DNA of 64,000 nt from Patescibacteria group bacterium (GTDB taxonomy: Bacteria; Patescibacteriota; Patescibacteriia; JACRDY01), in contig JBAZLA010000002.1 in the NCBI GenBank assembly GCA_041650515.1, positions 103,659-167,658 on the forward strand, written 5' to 3'. Both the position numbers and the translations under genes were made by a program. Positions 16,805 to 25,288 of the stretch are shown one piece after another (positions within the stretch are counted from its first letter, which is position 1; the number at the start of each line of letters is the position of its first letter). The notes beneath the pieces were generated by a model, which was given only the letters and a program-made list of their open reading frames with translations, was not told where the DNA came from and did no database searches.

Positions 16805-16897
16805 GGAAGGATGGCCGAGTGGCTGAAGGCAGCGGTTTGCTAAACCGTTATAGGGGTTTTATAGCTCCTATCGAGGGTTCGAATCCCTCTCCTTCCG
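16805..16897 (+). tRNA. tRNA-Ser (anticodon GCT)
   Basis: GGAAGGATGGCCGAGTGG... long variable arm, anticodon loop TTGCTAA, T-arm GGTTCGAATCC; 93 nt. Confidence 0.85.
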
Positions 16898-16931
16898 AAT
16901 TGATTTAAATAAGCCTGGTCCGCACCAAGGC

Positions 16932-17021
16932 GGAGGGATGGCTGAGTGGTTGAAGGCGACGGTCTTGAAAACCGTTGTTCACTTTAGAAGTGAATCGTGG
17001 GTTCGAATCCCACTCCCTCCG
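16932..17021 (+). tRNA. tRNA-Ser (anticodon TGA)
   Basis: GGAGGGATGGCTGAGTGG... long variable arm, anticodon loop CTTGAAA, T-arm GGTTCGAATCC; 90 nt. Confidence 0.85.
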
Positions 17022-17066
17022 CTCTGGCGCGAGATCATAGCAAAATCGTTACCCACCTCAGACAAC

Positions 17067-17720
17067 TCAACCATGGGCCAAAACTAATCCTTCAACTCTT
17101 CTAACTCCGGCCTGTTTTAAGACTTTAGCAGCCTGATTAAGCGTTTGGCCAGTGGTCACTACATCATCCACTAAAATTATATTTTCAATCTTCCCTAGAC
17201 TCGTTTTATTAACAGTAAACGCATCCAAAATATTTACCTCTCGCTCGGCTTTATTCAGACTCATCTGTGGCCGAGTGTTTTTAGTTTTTAATAAAATATC
17301 AGTACGAACATCTAGATTAATAGCCTCGCTGGCTTGGCGTAAAATCAGCTCAACTTGGTTAAAATCCCGCCAACGATGACGAAAACGATGTAACGGAATC
17401 GGCACAAAAACCCACTGACTCGACCAACGACTGGCTGGTTCGACCAAAATCTTACCCAAAGGATAAGCCAAGTCACTGATAAACTGATATTTTAACAAAT
17501 GAATCGCTTGTCTAATGACCGGGTTACCATAATCGGCAGCAATGACAATTTGATCAAGATAATCGCCACTCAGGCTTGCTCGACCAGACCAACGTTTAAT
17601 TCTGGCTAAACACCGCGGACAAAGCCAATCCTGCCCCTCGGTTTGGCAATCTAAACAGTAGATAGGAAACAATAAATCCTGAAAAAATCGCCAATATTTT
17701 TTTAACTTTGGTTGATCCAT
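17067..17720 (-). CDS. comFC: ComF family competence protein (ComFC-like phosphoribosyltransferase)
   Basis: N-terminal zinc ribbon CLDC...CPRC, C-terminal PRTase-type motif ILVDDVVTTGQTL. Confidence 0.8.
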   Translation of the reverse strand: MDQPKLKKYWRFFQDLLFPIYCLDCQTEGQDWLCPRCLARIKRWSGRASLSGDYLDQIVIAADYGNPVIRQAIHLLKYQFISDLAYPLGKILVEPASRWSSQWVFVPIPLHRFRHRWRDFNQVELILRQASEAINLDVRTDILLKTKNTRPQMSLNKAEREVNILDAFTVNKTSLGKIENIILVDDVVTTGQTLNQAAKVLKQAGVRRVEGLVLAHG

Positions 17721-17759
17721 GCCTTAAGCATAACCAACCAATGATTAAAAAAATCTAAA

Positions 17760-18395
17760 CTATAATCGCGGTGTCTGCCATTCTATCCAGGATACTAACC
17801 AACTATCCCCTTGCTTGGAAAATTTTAATAAAAGATCTTGGTAGGTTATTTCCGGACCGGCCGCGCTCTGCGCTGTCTTGATCCGCTGAGTCGAAACAAC
17901 GACGGTCGCACTGTTGTCTGTTAGCTCTTGGATCTTGGTAGCCAAACCTTGAGTAGTTATACCCATCACCACCGAATCTTTATTTTTGGCTTTTTCTTGG
18001 GTAATATACTTTTCGCTCCACGTTTTGACCTCAGTGGTCATAAACAGCTGTAGATCGCGAATATTTTCATAGTTATTAGTGGTTGAATAACTACCAAAAC
18101 GCGAAGCAAAGTCAGTTGCCAGCCGCTCTAGATTAATCTCTGATTGTTGTTGTTCATCCAATACTGGAGCAGTGTCTTTAGTAATCGCCGCCGGCTGATT
18201 ATCAGCATTAATCACTAACCGATTGCCTGATTTGACGGACAAACTACCATTCATGCTATTGCCAGCCTGGTTAGCCAACTGTTCCGAATTTGGTACTGCC
18301 TCACTCCTCAAAACCACATACAAAATAATTCCTAGAACGATCACCAGAACGGCGATGCCCGCCAAAATTATTTTACCTCGGTTAGATATTATCAT
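17760..18395 (-). CDS. N-terminally anchored extracytoplasmic protein adjacent to VirB4; possible VirB8-like component
   Basis: Single N-terminal TM helix, about 180-aa soluble domain; position directly downstream of VirB4 as for VirB8/PrgL-like proteins; no sequence motif confirmed. Confidence 0.4.
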   Translation of the reverse strand: MIISNRGKIILAGIAVLVIVLGIILYVVLRSEAVPNSEQLANQAGNSMNGSLSVKSGNRLVINADNQPAAITKDTAPVLDEQQQSEINLERLATDFASRFGSYSTTNNYENIRDLQLFMTTEVKTWSEKYITQEKAKNKDSVVMGITTQGLATKIQELTDNSATVVVSTQRIKTAQSAAGPEITYQDLLLKFSKQGDSWLVSWIEWQTPRL

Positions 18396-18413
18396 ATTTT
18401 TATTAATAAATTA

Positions 18414-20291
18414 TTAATTTGGTGTTGCGGTTGCGCCGATAGATTGGTCTTCTCCAGTAGCCACCCGCTCATCAAACTCCTTTTTGGCAGCCTCAATCTC
18501 TAACAGCTGCCTTGGATCAGAAGTAATTAATTGATCCTCGGTATATGAGGCAACCACCTTAATCGCCGCATGACGGTTACCAGCAAAAAAGATACCCTCG
18601 CCGACGCCACATTCCAAAAGTAAATACTTTTCGCCCTCGGTAAGCAGAAAAGTTTTTTGAATATGATCAATGGATGATGGCGACTGTTTCATTAATATCT
18701 GCAAAGCTGAATTATTAACAATCGCTTGGCCATAAGGTGACAACAAAAAGTCATTAACATCCTGCGTAATAGTAGTCACCCCTAAATAATATTTACGACA
18801 ACGTTTTACCAGGGCAAAAATAAACCGCGCCGAATCTTCATTCTGCATCAACCACCAGCCTTCGTCAATAACCAAAATTCTTTTCTTGCGCTCAGAACGG
18901 ACGACATTCCAAATATAATTAACTAGATTATAAATAGCTAAAGGCCGCAGCTCGTCCTCTAGATCACGGACAGAAAAACAAACTAACTGATTATTAGTAT
19001 CAACATTAGTCGGACTATTAAACAAACCAGAAAAGGTACCCTCGGTAAACTTCTTAAACCGAGTGGCCATATCCGATCCGCCTTCCATACCCTCTAAAAT
19101 ATCAACCAAGTCTTGAATCAATGGCGGCTCGATGTCTTTAAGATTAGAATCAGCTGTAATGTCTTTTTTGGCATAGGTTTCCAATAGCGCCCGATCTAAA
19201 AGAGCGTCTTCTTTAGCGCTAATTTTGCCTAAAATTAGACGACACAGGCCTTTAATGGTAATAACGGCGCTGCGGATAATATCCTCCGTTTTAAAGTCTT
19301 TCTCCACTGGTCGCGGTAGGTCAAAAGGATTAACCTTGCTCTCAGAAGCGAGCGAAATATTAATATAAGTTCCGCCCACTGCGTCAGAGAGGTGTTTATA
19401 CTCTTTTTCTGGGTCAATAACAATAATATCCACCCCCAACATCAGACTCCTAAGTATCTCCAGTTTGATCGCGTAGCTCTTGCCAGCACCCGAGGTGGCA
19501 AAAACCACCATATTAGCATTCTGCAAACTAAATCGGTCGAACAAAATCAAACTGTTATTATGCCGGTTGATACCGTACATAATGCCATTGTCCGAGCTCA
19601 ACTCAAAAGAAATAAAAGGAAAGGACGAGGCACAGGGGGAGGTATTCATGTTGAAGGTAATTGCTAGTTCATCCAGACCCATTGGCAAAGTTGAATTGAA
19701 TCCTTGTTCGGCCTGATACAGAACTTGGCGAGAATAAACTAAACGCGAACCAAAAATATCTTCCATATCTTCGGTCAGCTCATCCAGCTCTTTCAAACTA
19801 TCGGCATAAATAGTGACATATAAAGCATATTGAAAAAAATGCTCAACACCTTGGGTTAAATCGTCACGCAGCTTCTCGATATCACGCAAAGCGGTTTCTT
19901 TGATCGGGTCACGAGGAGCACCCTTGTCGCGATCAGCAAAAATTTCTGCTTCTAGGTTACCCACTCTTTTTTTGAGCTGCTTGAGAATAAGCGCTGCCCT
20001 GACCGGATAAAAGAAGATCGAAACATCTAAAGGGTGGTTAAAGTTGATAATCGGCGAAAACCAACCAATAGTGATATAACGGGGATAGCTAATCACAAAC
20101 ATCGTCCGGACATATTTGGTGCCCAGAATAATATAGCTCGGCTTTACCTCTAAAGCAGCGGGAGCGATTAGATCAATAATCGAAATTTCGCCTTCGCGAT
20201 AACGACGCTCTTCTTCAATCACCTCCTTATTCAAAACGACCTGCGCCTGCTGTTCATTTTCTGGTTGTTTCTTTTTAAAAAATATCGACAT
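18414..20291 (-). CDS. virB4: VirB4/TrbE/PrgJ-family conjugative T4SS ATPase, C-terminal ATPase part
   Basis: Walker A VVFATSGAGKSYAI, Walker B ILVIDEGWWLMQ, typical VirB4 C-terminal domain; ATG in frame 3 nt after the TAA of the upstream ORF. Confidence 0.85.
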   Translation of the reverse strand: MSIFFKKKQPENEQQAQVVLNKEVIEEERRYREGEISIIDLIAPAALEVKPSYIILGTKYVRTMFVISYPRYITIGWFSPIINFNHPLDVSIFFYPVRAALILKQLKKRVGNLEAEIFADRDKGAPRDPIKETALRDIEKLRDDLTQGVEHFFQYALYVTIYADSLKELDELTEDMEDIFGSRLVYSRQVLYQAEQGFNSTLPMGLDELAITFNMNTSPCASSFPFISFELSSDNGIMYGINRHNNSLILFDRFSLQNANMVVFATSGAGKSYAIKLEILRSLMLGVDIIVIDPEKEYKHLSDAVGGTYINISLASESKVNPFDLPRPVEKDFKTEDIIRSAVITIKGLCRLILGKISAKEDALLDRALLETYAKKDITADSNLKDIEPPLIQDLVDILEGMEGGSDMATRFKKFTEGTFSGLFNSPTNVDTNNQLVCFSVRDLEDELRPLAIYNLVNYIWNVVRSERKKRILVIDEGWWLMQNEDSARFIFALVKRCRKYYLGVTTITQDVNDFLLSPYGQAIVNNSALQILMKQSPSSIDHIQKTFLLTEGEKYLLLECGVGEGIFFAGNRHAAIKVVASYTEDQLITSDPRQLLEIEAAKKEFDERVATGEDQSIGATATPN

Positions 20292-20294
20292 AGC

Positions 20295-20993
20295 TTATTC
20301 TTCAACTTTAATTTTATCAACCTCTATCATTTTTTCCGACTCCGATAACTGCGGGTTATAAGAATTATAATACAACTCAATCAAACTCTGGGTGTCGAGC
20401 GGCGTGGCTTGCAGGCCCATACTATTCAAACCGCCAATCACGTGACTAACCCGCTGATATAAATCTCGACGTCTCTGATTAAACCTTTCTTCGCCGAGTT
20501 TGATCAAACTCGTGGGAGTAAACAGCTCCAATAGCCTTGACCAAAAACCGCGTTGCTTGTCCGATAAGGGATTATAAGGCACAACAATATAAAACTTCTT
20601 AGTCATAATATCGCCAATTTTGACCAGTTCGGCCACAAAATTACGGTAGTCTTTAATCTGCATTTTTAGCAGTTCATTAATCTGTTCTTTCTCAAATTTT
20701 TTTAACCTATCTAAATAATCATCAATATCAAACCGACGCGACTGGATAACAATCTGAATAGGAAAATCAATTGAATTTAAAAAGCTCATATAAGCGGTAA
20801 CAATCGCTTGTTGCTCATCAGACGACTTAAGCGCAAAATTAATGCTAGCGACCATAACAACCGCTCGCAAAGTTCCATCTTTAAGCACCACGCAGTCATT
20901 ACGAACCTCGGCAATCGGTACGTACTTCTTGGTTGACGGAGTAGATTTGTTTGTTGCTCGCTTACTCTTCATAGATTGATTTATAAATACCAC
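20295..20993 (-). CDS. VirB4 N-terminal domain (CagE/TrbE/VirB N-domain) encoded as separate ORF
   Basis: PIAEVRNDCVVLKDGTLRAVVMVASINFALKSSDEQQAI matches N-terminal region of VirB4 proteins; 232 + 625 aa equals normal VirB4 length; same frame as the ATPase ORF, separated only by TAA-GCT. Confidence 0.65.
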   Translation of the reverse strand: MVFINQSMKSKRATNKSTPSTKKYVPIAEVRNDCVVLKDGTLRAVVMVASINFALKSSDEQQAIVTAYMSFLNSIDFPIQIVIQSRRFDIDDYLDRLKKFEKEQINELLKMQIKDYRNFVAELVKIGDIMTKKFYIVVPYNPLSDKQRGFWSRLLELFTPTSLIKLGEERFNQRRRDLYQRVSHVIGGLNSMGLQATPLDTQSLIELYYNSYNPQLSESEKMIEVDKIKVEE

Positions 20994-21399
20994 CAGTATT
21001 AACTACCAACGATAGCTCCTCCAGGTGTGAACTCGACATTAATTTTTTGGGCGCAATTTTTCTGACCGAACTAACCGCCACTGGACGCTGTAAAATTTCT
21101 CTAATCTCTTGATCGGTTAAACTTTTATCCCAAACTTTAAGCTTCGGTTTTTTAAATGTCTCGATAACATTAAGTAAAAAATAATGAAACGGTCGCCCAT
21201 TAATCTTAGCAAAAGCAATAGTGCCAAAGATAGCAAAAATCAACACCGTCGACACAACAAAAGTCCAAAAATCAAACAACTTATAACAAACAAAAATCAG
21301 CATCAAGGCAACAATACTAATAATAAACTGACGGACGGTAATCGGACCAAACACCCGCGGCTCAACCTCGATAAATTGGGGAACAAGAAACTGTTCCAT
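20962..21399 (-). CDS. PrgI/VirB3-like small membrane protein
   Basis: FGPITVRQFIISIVALMLIF followed by a second TM helix, matching the GLTxRQ + two-TM signature of PrgI-family VirB3 analogues; overlaps VirB4-N start. Confidence 0.6.
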   Translation of the reverse strand: MEQFLVPQFIEVEPRVFGPITVRQFIISIVALMLIFVCYKLFDFWTFVVSTVLIFAIFGTIAFAKINGRPFHYFLLNVIETFKKPKLKVWDKSLTDQEIREILQRPVAVSSVRKIAPKKLMSSSHLEELSLVVNTGGIYKSIYEE

Positions 21400-21418
21400 A
21401 ACAAATATTTAAAATGCC

Positions 21419-22675
21419 CTAATATTCTAACATTTTATTCAATTTAACTAAAGCCCGCCACTCGGCCGTGTCTAGGGTCGGTAGTCCTTGTTTTTGTCGA
21501 TTACTAATAATCGCTTCTACCGACACGCCCTGCTCCATGCTGTCTTTGCCTAATGATAAATAAGTCCGATAAACTTCACTTTGTTTCCAGGCTTCGATTC
21601 CCATGATCCGCTTAGAAAAAGAGTCAGCTTCTAACAAATCAATCTTTTCCCTGATCCTTATAATTGCTCGGTCTGGGTCTCGATCTAACTGCTTAAAATC
21701 AATCAATCTCAAGGTGCGTAACTCATCAACTGGTCCAATCAACCGAGTTGGAATTTTAACGTCGGTAATTTTTTCGCCTTTAGCCAAAGATACACCAACT
21801 GGTGGCTTAGACTGATTAACTGACGGTTCAACCTTTTGATCAGATTCGACTACTTTTTTAGGTCTTAACCAAGCCAAAAATTTTTTCTTGGTCGGCATAA
21901 TCTTTGACTTTTGAGGGGCAATAAACGGTTTAACCTCTTTAGAAATATATCGATCCGACTCAGCCTTTTTAACTGACATTTTATTCTCTGCCGCTTGGGG
22001 TTTAGCGGTCAAAATTTCGGTGACGCTTTTAACAATCGGCTTAGCCGCAGTAATAAGCGGCTTGGCAACTACCGGCTTAATATCAACAACTTTCGGCGCT
22101 GGGTTGAGTTGATTAATCGACGATACTGGCGGAATTTTGACCGACGATGGAACATTGGCTTTAGTTTTAATCACTACTGGTGGCGGAGGAGCGATCTCGT
22201 GGTCTAGCTCAGACTGAGAAAAAATATGCACTTGATCATTTGGTGAGCTACGCTCAATCTTTGGCAATACAGGGGCGGCTGATCGTTGGGTGGGTAAAAT
22301 AGCACCTTGTCCCCGACTATTAACGGTCGACTGTTTTCTAAATAGATTGATAATTTGATCAGCCACCTGACTAGTTAAACCCAAACCACCGACTGTTACC
22401 TCTTTAATTAAAACGTCTTTAGTCTGTAGATCGGTCCGAATACCCTTAGCACCAGCCAAAATAGCATTTTTAAAACGACGATCCAAAACTTCGTCCTCGA
22501 ATCGTAAATTAAGTTTTTGACTAATCTCGTTACTTAGACGTGAATATTGATCTTCAGGTTGATTAATCGAACTAACCAACGACCCAGCTTGGCTCCCCAA
22601 AACTTTGTAACCACCGGTTGATTCTTTAACTAGAATTTCGTCTTGGTCGGAAATGTTTTTTTGATTATTAATCAT
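21419..22675 (-). CDS. Hypothetical protein with central Pro/Lys/Val-rich region
   Basis: 418-aa ORF, no TM, PPPPVVIKTKANVPSSVKIPPVSS low-complexity centre, conserved-looking C-terminal domain; in T4SS-like cluster. Confidence 0.5.
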   Translation of the reverse strand: MINNQKNISDQDEILVKESTGGYKVLGSQAGSLVSSINQPEDQYSRLSNEISQKLNLRFEDEVLDRRFKNAILAGAKGIRTDLQTKDVLIKEVTVGGLGLTSQVADQIINLFRKQSTVNSRGQGAILPTQRSAAPVLPKIERSSPNDQVHIFSQSELDHEIAPPPPVVIKTKANVPSSVKIPPVSSINQLNPAPKVVDIKPVVAKPLITAAKPIVKSVTEILTAKPQAAENKMSVKKAESDRYISKEVKPFIAPQKSKIMPTKKKFLAWLRPKKVVESDQKVEPSVNQSKPPVGVSLAKGEKITDVKIPTRLIGPVDELRTLRLIDFKQLDRDPDRAIIRIREKIDLLEADSFSKRIMGIEAWKQSEVYRTYLSLGKDSMEQGVSVEAIISNRQKQGLPTLDTAEWRALVKLNKMLEY

Positions 22676-22713
22676 AGAAAAATCTTTTACCTAATAACCC
22701 TCGCGGGTTAGAT

Positions 22714-23895
22714 CTACTTTAAACCAGCTTGTTTTTTTAATATTTCAGCTTTATCAATTTTTTCCCAAGGGAAACAACCGTCTTTGGGCGCTCGGCCAAA
22801 ATGACCATAGGTAGCGGTTTTTTTATAAATCGGCCGTAATAAATCAAGACTGGTAATAATCCCCCGCGGCGTCAATTCAAAATTATTTTTTATCAATTCT
22901 AACAGTTTGGTCTCTTCCACTTTGCCAGTACCAAAGGTATTAACCATAATAGAAACTGGCTCAGGATAGCCAATAGCATAGGCTAGCTGAACTTCACAAC
23001 GATTCGCTAACCCCGCCGCTACTATATTCTTGGCAATGTAGCGCGCCATATAAGCACCAGAGCGATCTTGTTTGTTAGGGCCCTTACCCGAAAAACAACC
23101 ACCACCGTGCGCCCCAACCCCGCCATAAGTATCAACAATAATCTTACGACCAGTCAGGCCAGTATCGCCATGAGGACCACCAATGACAAAACGTCCGGTT
23201 TCGTTGATATAATAATGAGTCTGGTCATCAAGATATTTACCGCCGATCGGCTTAATCACTTTTTCAATAATTGACTCGCGTAGATCTTCCAGCTCAATTT
23301 CTGGATCATGCTGAGCGGCAATAACTACGGCCTCAATTCTGGTAGGTAAATTATCAACATACTCAACTGTTACTTGCGATTTACCATCCGGCCGTAAAAA
23401 GGGCAATTCACCATTATGACGCACTTCAGCTAGCTTTTTAGTCAACTGGTGAGCCAAAACGATCGGCAAGGGCATTAACTCTGGAGTTTCACTAGTAGCA
23501 TAACCAAACATCATTCCCTGATCCCCCGCTCCCATCTCTTGGTGTAAACCTCCGCCCACTTGCTCACCTTGAGCGATATCCGGGCTTTGTTCATGAATAA
23601 CATTAATTACGGCGCAGCTTTTATAATCAATGCCATAATCAGCATTGTCATAACCAATCTCTTTAAGCGTATCACGAACAATCGTCTGAATATCAACGTA
23701 AGTCTGAGTAGTCACCTCGCCGCCGACTAAAACCATGCCGGTCGTAGTAAAACATTCACAGCAACAATGACCCCCTGGGTCCTCTTTTAAAATCGCATCC
23801 AGCACAGCGTCAGAGATTTGATCGCAGATTTTGTCTGGATGCCCTTCGGTTACTGATTCTGATGTAAATAAATGTTTCCCACTCGGTCCCCGCAT
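22714..23895 (-). CDS. metK: S-adenosylmethionine synthetase
   Basis: [47 protein letters not shown] signature motifs. Confidence 0.92.
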   Translation of the reverse strand: MRGPSGKHLFTSESVTEGHPDKICDQISDAVLDAILKEDPGGHCCCECFTTTGMVLVGGEVTTQTYVDIQTIVRDTLKEIGYDNADYGIDYKSCAVINVIHEQSPDIAQGEQVGGGLHQEMGAGDQGMMFGYATSETPELMPLPIVLAHQLTKKLAEVRHNGELPFLRPDGKSQVTVEYVDNLPTRIEAVVIAAQHDPEIELEDLRESIIEKVIKPIGGKYLDDQTHYYINETGRFVIGGPHGDTGLTGRKIIVDTYGGVGAHGGGCFSGKGPNKQDRSGAYMARYIAKNIVAAGLANRCEVQLAYAIGYPEPVSIMVNTFGTGKVEETKLLELIKNNFELTPRGIITSLDLLRPIYKKTATYGHFGRAPKDGCFPWEKIDKAEILKKQAGLK

Positions 23896-23904
23896 AACTA
23901 ATAA

Positions 23905-23977
23905 TTATTTGTTATTTGTTATTTGTTATTTGATGGAGGTTAAAACTTTCAAATACCAGATACCAAATACCAAATAA
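23905..23977. repeat. Four tandem TTATTTG heptamers and, 17 nt away, four tandem CAAATA(C/A) heptamers (inverted orientation) in metK leader
   Basis: 23905-23932 (TTATTTG)x4; 23950-23977 CAAATAC CAGATAC CAAATAC CAAATAA; arms are imperfect reverse complements (about 25/29). Confidence 0.7.
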
Positions 23978-23979
23978 TT

Positions 23980-25272
23980 TTATCTCTTCCAACGAAACTC
24001 GCCAGCGCCCATGTCAAAATAAGCAATGTTGGTATAATTACTGTTGCCATTGCGTTTTAGAATATTGGCTAATTTTAGCCCAAAACGAGCCGCATTATGT
24101 TCGGATAGTTTCATCTTATCCATCAACACCCAAGCCAAAAAGCGTTGCAAATAAGCGGGCGACGCTGGTGAAAAATGAAAATGATTAGCTTCTTCCGTCT
24201 GGCTCTGGCTGGCCAAATATTGATCAAACAAATCATAAAAGCGATGATCCTCTTTTAAAATATCAACTAATTTGTTATTTGTCGCTAACAGCTGCAAGCT
24301 GGCCAAAACATCAGTCCCTTCTAGTCTCGCATCAACCGATCTTTTACTAACCAAAAGATAGAGCTGATCAATAATTTTGGCGCTATTATTTTGGGTGGTT
24401 GATTTAATCTGTTCCAAACGGTCATCAATCTGCTGCTGCTCGGCCGGGTCGCCTTGATATAAGCGGTATATTTCTTCATTGGAATAAATTTTGACCGGTT
24501 GAGCTTGTACCTTATTGACAGAACCTAAACCGCTGAGTGCGCCAAGGGTTGTTGGTAAAACGTGTTGCGGCGTAACAGTTTTGATCAAACCACCCTCCTG
24601 GTTGGCTGGATATTTAAATAAATCATAAATTTCCAAAACTTTTAACAATATTTTTTTATTCTCCACTGAGAGTGATCGAACATTGGCTGACGAATTAATA
24701 AAACTAGCCCGATCAAGCTCGGTCCGACGCGGTTTATTAATATCGGAAAAATTATCATAATCAATCAGCCAATTAGCTAATGTGGGTCTAATTTCACCAC
24801 CATCAACAGAAATCTTCTGACGGCCGATTTCTTCCTGGTTATTTTTAATATTCTTTAAAAGTTCCCGTGATAAAGAATAAAAATCTTCTCTAGATATAAC
24901 GTGAAAATCAAAATACATCTGCAATCTTTCTACAAAATCTACTCCCGAACTAATTGCCCTTGCCATTTTAGTACGGGCTATCTCCATCAATTCTTCTTTA
25001 CTAGAAATCGGCAAACGCAGAAAAATAAGATGATTAATTAGCGCCAGACATTTATCATACAAACCAAAATTATTTTGATCACGCTTTAATTCTAAAGACA
25101 GTTTTTCTAAATGATTCTTGACTCTTAAATTATCAGAAAACTCTGACTCATATTGCGGGTCGCCCATAATAGTATTGCTTAACCTCTCAAAAACGTCCGG
25201 ATCTTTTAGATCATCGGCTTTGAGCGCCAAAATTTCTTCCACCAAATAATTTTGATTATAATCAATCGCCAT
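23980..25272 (-). CDS. Hypothetical protein
   Basis: 430-aa ORF, no TM or motif recognised; between metK and VirB6-like gene. Confidence 0.5.
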   Translation of the reverse strand: MAIDYNQNYLVEEILALKADDLKDPDVFERLSNTIMGDPQYESEFSDNLRVKNHLEKLSLELKRDQNNFGLYDKCLALINHLIFLRLPISSKEELMEIARTKMARAISSGVDFVERLQMYFDFHVISREDFYSLSRELLKNIKNNQEEIGRQKISVDGGEIRPTLANWLIDYDNFSDINKPRRTELDRASFINSSANVRSLSVENKKILLKVLEIYDLFKYPANQEGGLIKTVTPQHVLPTTLGALSGLGSVNKVQAQPVKIYSNEEIYRLYQGDPAEQQQIDDRLEQIKSTTQNNSAKIIDQLYLLVSKRSVDARLEGTDVLASLQLLATNNKLVDILKEDHRFYDLFDQYLASQSQTEEANHFHFSPASPAYLQRFLAWVLMDKMKLSEHNAARFGLKLANILKRNGNSNYTNIAYFDMGAGEFRWKR

Positions 25273-25288
25273 AAATTAAATATCTCTA

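Noticed and set aside
22676-22713. Hairpin TAACCC-tcgc-GGGTTA after metK as terminator
   Set aside because: No T-run follows on the minus strand, and the downstream gene starts 38 nt later; more likely just an intergenic hairpin
23896-23979. SAM riboswitch in the metK leader
   Set aside because: The leader is only 84 nt and consists of AT-rich heptamer arrays; it lacks the conserved GC-rich core helices of SAM-I/SAM-II aptamers
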